Shown: in pieces, positions 57,518-64,000 of the stretch
Numbering within the stretch: the stretch's first letter is position 1
Layout of the letters: every line of letters begins with the position of its first letter
Assembly (NCBI GenBank): GCA_964612945.1
Contig: CAZTFR010000001.1
Span: 24,418-88,417, forward strand
DNA: 64,000 bases
Reading direction: 5' to 3'
Source of the DNA: an uncultured Thermoplasmatales archaeon
Lineage (GTDB): Archaea > Thermoplasmatota > E2 > DHVEG-1
Program-made: the position numbers and the translations under genes
Notes under the pieces: generated by a model
The model's database searches: none
Told to the model about the DNA's origin: nothing
Seen by the model: only the letters and a program-made list of their open reading frames with translations

Positions 57518-58705
57518 ATGGGATATCTTGATTTCCAAATTACCACGCACGATGGCACCGCGCGAACTGGCCTTCTCACTGTGAAACATGGACAGATTCA
57601 TACTCCCGAACTGATGCCTGTTGCAACCAAAGCAACGGTCAAGGCACTTACTCCTGATGAGCTTCACCAGCTGGGCACCCAAGTACTTATCTGTAACACG
57701 TATCATCTCATGCTGCAGCCCTCTGCAGACATCATCGAGCAATGCGGCGGGCTTCATACCTTTATGAATTGGAACAAACCCCTTATTACTGATAGCGGTG
57801 GATTTCAAGCATTTTCCCTGGGTCTCGGAAAAGAACATGCTGTAGGAAAGCTTTTTTTTCCTGGGGAAAAACACTCGAGTGGAAAACCAAAAGGAAAATC
57901 AATTGCAAAGGTAACTGATAAAGGGATTTCTTTTCGATCAATATATGATAACTCTACTCAATTCTTAACTCCGGAGAAATCTATTAGGATTCAGGAACAG
58001 TTGGGCGCAGATATCATCCTTGCTTTAGATGAATGTACTTCGCCACTCTCTGGGAAAGTATATACTGCAGAAAGTATGAGGCGAACGCATCGATGGGCCG
58101 AGCAATGTAAAAAGATTCATACGACTAATCAGGCACTGGTGGGTATTGTTCAGGGTGGTCACTGGCAGGATCTTCGGATAAAAAGCGCCCGTTTTCTTGC
58201 ATCACTTGATTTTGATGGATATGCAATTGGTGGATCACTAGGAAAATCAAAACAAGATATGCACCATGTGCTGGAATGGGTCATCCCACATCTCCCCTCT
58301 CAAAAACCACGTCATCTACTTGGAATTGGGGTGGTTGAGGATATCTTTGAATCTGTCGAGAGAGGTATCGATTTATTTGATTGTGTTGCTCCAACACGAA
58401 TGGCTCGGAGCGGTTTTTGCTATCTTCGACCCCCTATTGGCACAAAGAAAAACAAATACCGATATAAACTGAAGAACGCTCGATTTAAAACAGATTCGCA
58501 GCCGATTGATCCTCATTGCAACTGCAGTGTCTGCAAAAACTATTCTCGGTCCTATCTCTATCACCTTTTAAAAACAGAGGAACTTATTGTATACACGCTA
58601 CTTAGTTATCATAATCTTTTTTTTATGCTTGAACTGATGAGAGAGATACGAAACGCTATTGCATCTGAACGTTTTCAAGAATTAAAAAGTGAGTGGATAG
58701 GTTGA
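57518..58705 (+). CDS. tgt: tRNA-guanine transglycosylase, bacterial/eukaryotic QTGT-type (queuine tRNA-ribosyltransferase)
   Basis: DGTARTG...HGQIHTPELMPVATKATVK and LICNTYHLMLQP N-terminus. Zinc site CNCSVC...H in DPHCNCSVCKNYSRSYLYHL. 395 aa with no PUA domain. Confidence 0.8.
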   Translation: MGYLDFQITTHDGTARTGLLTVKHGQIHTPELMPVATKATVKALTPDELHQLGTQVLICNTYHLMLQPSADIIEQCGGLHTFMNWNKPLITDSGGFQAFSLGLGKEHAVGKLFFPGEKHSSGKPKGKSIAKVTDKGISFRSIYDNSTQFLTPEKSIRIQEQLGADIILALDECTSPLSGKVYTAESMRRTHRWAEQCKKIHTTNQALVGIVQGGHWQDLRIKSARFLASLDFDGYAIGGSLGKSKQDMHHVLEWVIPHLPSQKPRHLLGIGVVEDIFESVERGIDLFDCVAPTRMARSGFCYLRPPIGTKKNKYRYKLKNARFKTDSQPIDPHCNCSVCKNYSRSYLYHLLKTEELIVYTLLSYHNLFFMLELMREIRNAIASERFQELKSEWIG

Positions 58706-58713
58706 ATTTTTTA

Positions 58714-59079
58714 TTATTGTTTTTTCAGATTCATCTGTGACAGCTTTGAGACAAACTCTATTGAGGTATCAAAAATTTCTTGATCGTTTTGATAGTCCTC
58801 TGAGTTTCCTCTGTTAATTTGAATCCATTCTCTCATCTTTCTTCTCCCCAGTGGTTGAAAATGAACAATGTCCTTTCGTTTGAGAAGTTTATTTGCTACT
58901 GATTCAGGTACTTTCACTCCAACTGCATCTTCAAAGACACAGGCAAATAGTTTTCCTCCTACATAATAGGCGGGATATCCAAACATTTTCCCAGGGTTTA
59001 CTACCGGTATTTTTAAAAGAAGCGTGTCAAGAACCTGTTTATGATGTTCATTGTATTTTGTTTTGCCTATAAAAATCAC
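58714..59079 (-). CDS. TfoX-N/MmcQ-YjbR-like small protein
   Basis: MFGYPAYYVGGKLFACVFEDAVGVKV resembles the TfoX N-terminal / YjbR family core. Confidence 0.3.
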   Translation of the reverse strand: MIFIGKTKYNEHHKQVLDTLLLKIPVVNPGKMFGYPAYYVGGKLFACVFEDAVGVKVPESVANKLLKRKDIVHFQPLGRRKMREWIQINRGNSEDYQNDQEIFDTSIEFVSKLSQMNLKKQ

Positions 59080-59302
59080 CTTGAGTAAATCGAATTGTAA
59101 GGGAATAGATAATTTTTTGTAGGTGAGCCATTCTGAATTATCGTTGAGTGAGTGTTTCTTAAGCTTTTTTTCTCACTAGTTGTTTGAATGTCTTTGTTAT
59201 TTTTCTCTTTGAATAAATTCTATATTATGTGTGATATAAAATTTTATATACTATACCTCTGTTAATACGATCAAGGGGATACAAAGAGGAGGATGATAAA
59301 AT

Positions 59303-60103
59303 ATGAATAAAAATATAAAAATTACAATAGGCATTATATTTACCGTCTTATTACTACTGTCCCCCTGCCTGCTTGCTTCTTCAAAACCTGCTGGGCAACA
59401 TCCATTTGATGTTCAACTGCAAACACAAACTAATTCTATAAAACAAAACCATAGACGACAAATACAAAATACTTTTAGTTTTCCAAACAATCTTGAAAAA
59501 GGAGACCTTCTCTTCTATGATCTTCGCCCTTTTATTTCTCTTTTTGAACCGACCAATCCAGGATTCGCCGATGATCATGTTATTATGTATACCGGGAGAA
59601 ATAGCATAGGTAGACATATCTTCATTGAAGCAACTGATTATACTTCAATTGATTTAGACCTCGCTATTAATGGTGTTCAAAAAACACCTTGGATTATTAT
59701 CTATTGTATTGCTAATCCAAGAACCTTAACGATTGCAAAAGTGCATGCTGATCAAAATCAAAAACAGCAAGCCATTAACTTTACGTTAAGTAACTTAGGG
59801 GAACATTATCAGTGGGCTTGGCCAAATAATTGGCGCTACGAAAGCTGGCATGCCAACCCAGACATAACCAATACGAGTAATCCTTTTTACGATAAATACT
59901 ATTACCCAGATGACCCCTGTGTAGATCAATGGACCTGTTCAGAGCTTGTTTGGGCAGCATATCTACATCAAGGAATACAAATAGACAGTACACCCATTAC
60001 TGATCCTGATCCTGATTTTAACAACGAAAGCTTTTTCTATGTGGGAACAACAGATATTCTAAACTCTACAAATGTTACTACTTGCAAACCAGTATGGTAC
60101 TAG
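59303..60103 (+). CDS. secreted protein with permuted papain-like (His...Cys) features
   Basis: Signal peptide. GDLLFYD, HVIMYTG, then a C-terminal TCSELVWAAY candidate nucleophile Cys. The order suggests a YiiX/LRAT-type permuted NlpC/P60 fold. NxS/T sequons. Confidence 0.3.
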   Translation: MNKNIKITIGIIFTVLLLLSPCLLASSKPAGQHPFDVQLQTQTNSIKQNHRRQIQNTFSFPNNLEKGDLLFYDLRPFISLFEPTNPGFADDHVIMYTGRNSIGRHIFIEATDYTSIDLDLAINGVQKTPWIIIYCIANPRTLTIAKVHADQNQKQQAINFTLSNLGEHYQWAWPNNWRYESWHANPDITNTSNPFYDKYYYPDDPCVDQWTCSELVWAAYLHQGIQIDSTPITDPDPDFNNESFFYVGTTDILNSTNVTTCKPVWY

Positions 60104-60375
60104 TTTTTCAATCAGTTTTTTTAAACTAACAATTCAGTAGAAAGAAGAGAACCAATCTATGGATACGGTGAAGGCAGGTCTTCGTATTGTCAATGTGCAT
60201 TATCTTTTTTTTAGTACTTAACAGTACACTCTTCTTATTTCGATGATTGTATCTTGGAATATTTTTTCAAACTATGAAGATTCTTTTTGGATTTGGTATT
60301 TATAAAATATAAAGCTTTTTTTTTAGAAATATTTATATATTACAATATATAATAATATGCTGGGGTAATAAAAGT

Positions 60376-63300
60376 ATGACAACGAAAATGATTGAATTCT
60401 CTCTTTGTATGCTGTTGATTATCGGATCACTCAATCCTGTAATCGCAAATGAAGAAATAGAAGAATTAGAAGAAGATATCTATGTAGTTACGTCCACCTC
60501 GGCTTTTACACAACCAATAGTTAATGATATCCAATTGGATGGAAACAAGTATCATCAGATACAATTAAACGGCCTTTCCAATGGTGGAAGTCCAGGTGAA
60601 CCATTGTTGCCTATGAAAGCCGTAAGACTATTACTACCACCTAAAACTACAGTTGAAACTATTCAAATCCATTCTTCATCTCCTGAAATAATATCACTTG
60701 CTCATCAAATTGAACCGGCAGGAGAACCTGTCCCCTTATCACAAATGAAATCAGCAAGTCCTCCTCAACCTGATCCACTAGTGTATAATTCTTCAGATCC
60801 TTTCCCAGGTGAGCTCTTTAAGAAGGGTGGTACGTATTATTTTAGAGGATATTCTGTGTTAGTAATTACTCTTTTTCCGGTTCAGTTTCTCCCGACAAAA
60901 AATAAAATTCGATATTACAGTGAAATAACAGTTTCAGTAGACCTGCAGAGCAATGAAAAAAGAAAAAGTCCTCTTTATCGAGGATTAGAAACTGATAAAA
61001 CTGATATTTTAAATAAAATTGATAATCCCGAGGTTATTCACTCTTATGATTCAGAGAATAGTATCTCTATTGCCTCTTATGATCTACTGATTATTACTGA
61101 CGATCAATTCAAGGAGGCCTTTGCTCCTTTAAAACATGCCCATGAGTTTCTAGGGAATCCAACAATTATACAAACCCTTACAGACATTGGAAGTGATAAT
61201 CCAGAGGATATCAGAGATTTTATCCGAGATGCTTACTTGAACTGGGGGATTCAATATGTACTTATAGGCGGCGATAGTCATATTGTTCCCACGGCCAAAT
61301 TAACAAGTTATCAAACATTAATACCCTCTGATCTCTATTATGCCTGTCTTGATGGAACCTTCAATTATGATAACGATGAATACTGGGGAGAACCGACAGA
61401 TGGGGAGAGTGGTGGTGATGTTGACCTTATTGCAGAAGTCTATGTCGGCCGTGCCTGTGTTGATGATTGCGTAGATGTAAAGACCTTTGTTAACAAGACA
61501 ATAGCATATATGACAAAAAATTCCTCTCTAGAATATTATGATAACGTGTTATTAGTGGGAGAAAATCTTGGTTTTGGAGGAATAGCCGAATGGGGCGGCA
61601 ATTATATGGATGAGCTCATTGATGGATCAAAAACCCATGGATATGAAACCGTTGGAATACCCTCAGACAAGTACAATATTGATACATTATATGACAAGGA
61701 TTGGCCGACTCAAAATTGGCCACAAGAAGAAATCATCAAAAAGATAAATAGAGGAACACAATTGATCAATCATCTTGGTCATTCCGGTTATAATTATAAT
61801 ATGAACGTAGGAAATCGTGATGTTATTCTCTCCCTTACAAATAATGAAACCTGTTTTATTTACTCACAGGGATGTGAAGCGGGGGATTTTGATTACCCTT
61901 ATGCAGATTGTATAGCTGAATATTTCACTGTAAAAACTAAACATGGCGCATTTGCAGGAATTTGGAATTCAGAAGATGGGTTTGGCAAAAGTGGGAGCAC
62001 AGATGGTCCATCGCAACGGTTTCACAGAGAATTCTTAGATGCGATCTTTGGGGAAAACATCACAATACTGGGAAAAGCAAATCAAGATTCTAAAGAGGAC
62101 AATCTCTATCGAATCAACGAAACGGTCATGCGGTGGTGTTACTATGAGTTAAATTATTTTGGTGATCCCTTACTCCATTTTGATTTGCCAGATCATAATG
62201 TTGGTGTTGGGAGGATATTTGCTCCAACTCATTTACAATCTCCACGAACAATATCTCTCAATGCCGCTGTTTTCAACAAGGGAAGACATGATGAAGCCAA
62301 TATATCAGTAACTATCCAAATTAATGGAGTTGGCGTTCATTCAGAAATGATTCCGCATCTTCAACGCGCTAGCCAACAATATATCAATTATTCTTGGACG
62401 CCACAAGAAATAGGTTTGTATAATATAACCGTTCAGGTATCAATTCCAGGATATAAAGACGATATACCCTCTGATGATACAAGAACTATCACTATCGCAA
62501 TAGGTGTTCAGAATCTCAATACAACAGAGTGCTTTGCTACAATTCAAGAGGCAATTGATGATTCAGATACGTTAGATGGTCATTGTATCTTTGCTCCATC
62601 TGGCATTTATACGGAGAATATTGTAGTAACAAAAGGTATTTTCTTGCTAGGTGAAGATAAACAAACCACGATACTCCAGAGTACTACATATCATAATACT
62701 GTTGTATCAGTTGAACAAACTGTTGGATTTAGAATTTCAAACTTTCTCATACAAAACGGAAAAACTGGTATCTCTCTTAAGTTTTGTTTTAATAGTGTCG
62801 TCGATGGTAATCGTATTAAAAATAATTTTAAAACTGGCATTGTTTTTCGTTCGTCTGCGAATGGATTCATCAGAGAAAATGAAATCGCTGATAATAGTTT
62901 AGGAGTTCATCTAGCCGGCTGTTCAAATAATATCTCTATTCTTTTCAATTCCATTCATGACAATACTGAAATAAACATTGAAAATCTACCAAATCTCACT
63001 GAAGGATCGATCATCATAAAGACTCCAGAGGAAAAAGGTGGAATTTTTCTTGAAAACACTGACCAATCTGTACTAAAAAATAACACTATTTCTTATAATT
63101 TCATAGGGATTCGCATTCTTGGGGATAGTAAGGGAAATTGCATTATTCACAATATGTTCATAAATAATACAGAGAATTGTTATGATGAAGGACTGCATAA
63201 TCAATGGGATGATGGTTTTCCACTCGGTGGCAATTATTGGTCGATGTATACTGGAGATGATCACTATCGCGGACCAGATCAAGATCGAATTTATCCTGAT

Positions 63301-64000
63301 GGAATAGGTGATAAACCATACCTTATCCCTGGTGGTATGAGTGCCGATCGATATCCTAAACTCTATCCATTTAATGTATCCATCGTCAACACCGACACTG
63401 GCGAAGTTTTTCCGACTATTCAACAAGCGGTAGATAGTAGTAATACCATAGATGGACATCACATTCTTGTATTAAGTGATACATGGTATGAAAATATTGA
63501 AATCCAAAAAAGTATCATCCTTCTTGGTCTTGACCGAAATTATACAACTCTTCAAGATGGAAATGAAAAGAAGTATGATACGATACTCACCCTCCTTGCA
63601 GATAATGTAACTGTTCATGGTTTTACTTTTCAAATCAATAAGTTATACGATAATACGGGGATTAAGGTTTTTTCCTCGGGAAATAACATCTGGGGCAATA
63701 TTTTTTTGAATATAAATAGACCTATTATTCTAGAAAAATCGTCACATAATATGATTTATGATAACACATTTCAATCTGGATATATTAATCTACTTCTTAG
63801 TAATTTTAACACAATTAAGAACAATCGTCTGACAAGCACTGATAAATCCTTTACCGGAATTCGGATACACTCGTCTAATGAAAATACCTTTCTTTATAAC
63901 ACCATTGAAAATCGTAGTGCAGGTATTTTCATAGACTATTCTTACAATAATACAATTTGTTATAACCAAATAGAAAATAATGAATTTGGAATTTTTATAG
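60376..64000 (+). CDS. giant secreted adhesin-like protein: peptidase C25 (gingipain-like) domain plus parallel beta-helix repeats. 5' partial, continues beyond the window
   Basis: Signal peptide MTTKMIEFSLCMLLIIGSLNPVIA. C25-like catalytic region with NHLGHSGYNYN (His) and YSQGCEAGDF (Cys). Repeated PbH1-like units (NNTISYNFIGIRILGDS, NCIIHNMFINNTENC...). Frame open from 60376 to the window end. Many sequons. Confidence 0.7.
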   Translation, partial: MTTKMIEFSLCMLLIIGSLNPVIANEEIEELEEDIYVVTSTSAFTQPIVNDIQLDGNKYHQIQLNGLSNGGSPGEPLLPMKAVRLLLPPKTTVETIQIHSSSPEIISLAHQIEPAGEPVPLSQMKSASPPQPDPLVYNSSDPFPGELFKKGGTYYFRGYSVLVITLFPVQFLPTKNKIRYYSEITVSVDLQSNEKRKSPLYRGLETDKTDILNKIDNPEVIHSYDSENSISIASYDLLIITDDQFKEAFAPLKHAHEFLGNPTIIQTLTDIGSDNPEDIRDFIRDAYLNWGIQYVLIGGDSHIVPTAKLTSYQTLIPSDLYYACLDGTFNYDNDEYWGEPTDGESGGDVDLIAEVYVGRACVDDCVDVKTFVNKTIAYMTKNSSLEYYDNVLLVGENLGFGGIAEWGGNYMDELIDGSKTHGYETVGIPSDKYNIDTLYDKDWPTQNWPQEEIIKKINRGTQLINHLGHSGYNYNMNVGNRDVILSLTNNETCFIYSQGCEAGDFDYPYADCIAEYFTVKTKHGAFAGIWNSEDGFGKSGSTDGPSQRFHREFLDAIFGENITILGKANQDSKEDNLYRINETVMRWCYYELNYFGDPLLHFDLPDHNVGVGRIFAPTHLQSPRTISLNAAVFNKGRHDEANISVTIQINGVGVHSEMIPHLQRASQQYINYSWTPQEIGLYNITVQVSIPGYKDDIPSDDTRTITIAIGVQNLNTTECFATIQEAIDDSDTLDGHCIFAPSGIYTENIVVTKGIFLLGEDKQTTILQSTTYHNTVVSVEQTVGFRISNFLIQNGKTGISLKFCFNSVVDGNRIKNNFKTGIVFRSSANGFIRENEIADNSLGVHLAGCSNNISILFNSIHDNTEINIENLPNLTEGSIIIKTPEEKGGIFLENTDQSVLKNNTISYNFIGIRILGDSKGNCIIHNMFINNTENCYDEGLHNQWDDGFPLGGNYWSMYTGDDHYRGPDQDRIYPDGIGDKPYLIPGGMSADRYPKLYPFNVSIVNTDTGEVFPTIQQAVDSSNTIDGHHILVLSDTWYENIEIQKSIILLGLDRNYTTLQDGNEKKYDTILTLLADNVTVHGFTFQINKLYDNTGIKVFSSGNNIWGNIFLNINRPIILEKSSHNMIYDNTFQSGYINLLLSNFNTIKNNRLTSTDKSFTGIRIHSSNENTFLYNTIENRSAGIFIDYSYNNTICYNQIENNEFGIFI

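Noticed and set aside
57488-57874. 128-aa minus-strand ORF overlapping the 5' end of tgt
   Set aside because: Entirely antisense to a confidently identified Tgt N-terminus, with no recognisable motif. It would also collide with the yhhQ/tgt divergent promoter.
1-64000. Alternative interpretation that the contig is from a CPR or other bacterium, prompted by CspA, bacterial-type Tgt, SD-led starts
   Set aside because: L41e, KptA/Tpt1, NucS and a multi-intron tRNA with a non-canonical intron position are together far more consistent with an archaeon. The bacterial-type genes are better explained as horizontally acquired.

Overview
Dense, low-GC (high-30s % by eye) prokaryotic window. I infer it is archaeal from four markers I can read directly: a 32-aa ribosomal protein L41e gene missed by the ORF track, a KptA/Tpt1 RNA 2'-phosphotransferase, a NucS/EndoMS nuclease, and a 140-nt two-intron tRNA. 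It also carries several bacterial-type genes (CspA cold-shock protein, QTGT-type Tgt with a YhhQ transporter). The dominant content is a roughly 35 kb glycan-biosynthesis supercluster (2997..38207): (i) a GDP-heptose/6-deoxyhexose module (GmhA, HddA, GmhB, Gmd, Fcl-like, plus GT2/GT4 transferases); (ii) a complete legionaminic-acid-like nonulosonic acid module (4,6-dehydratase with an N-terminal CBS pair, DegT aminotransferase, hexapeptide acetyltransferase, NeuC, NeuB, CMP-synthetase); (iii) an unusual module with a D-2-hydroxyacid dehydrogenase, an SDR, a 3-dehydroquinate-synthase-like cyclase, a cytidylyltransferase-cupin fusion and a class-III aminotransferase; (iv) a SpsCEF-like module (NeuB-family, DegT, CTP-transferase) plus a B12-binding radical SAM enzyme and a zinc-ribbon sugar C-methyltransferase-like gene; three TagF/KpsC-like K-x-HP transferases; and a Wzx-type flippase. 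Downstream are a DUF62 SAM hydroxide adenosyltransferase inside a strongly G+T-rich compositional island, a wHTH regulator translationally coupled to an MMPL/RND exporter, housekeeping genes (RpiA, KptA, tRNA-Lys, L41e, intron tRNA), a DUF5678-like plus retropepsin pair, a DUF362-ferredoxin gene broken by two frameshifts, a divergent YhhQ/Tgt pair, and secreted or surface proteins (N-glycosylation sequon-rich proteins, an FG-GAP repeat protein, a permuted papain-like protein, and a partial giant peptidase-C25 plus beta-helix adhesin-like protein running off the window end). I found no CRISPR array, transposase or integrase. All calls are from reading the sequence and translations by eye; no searches were run.
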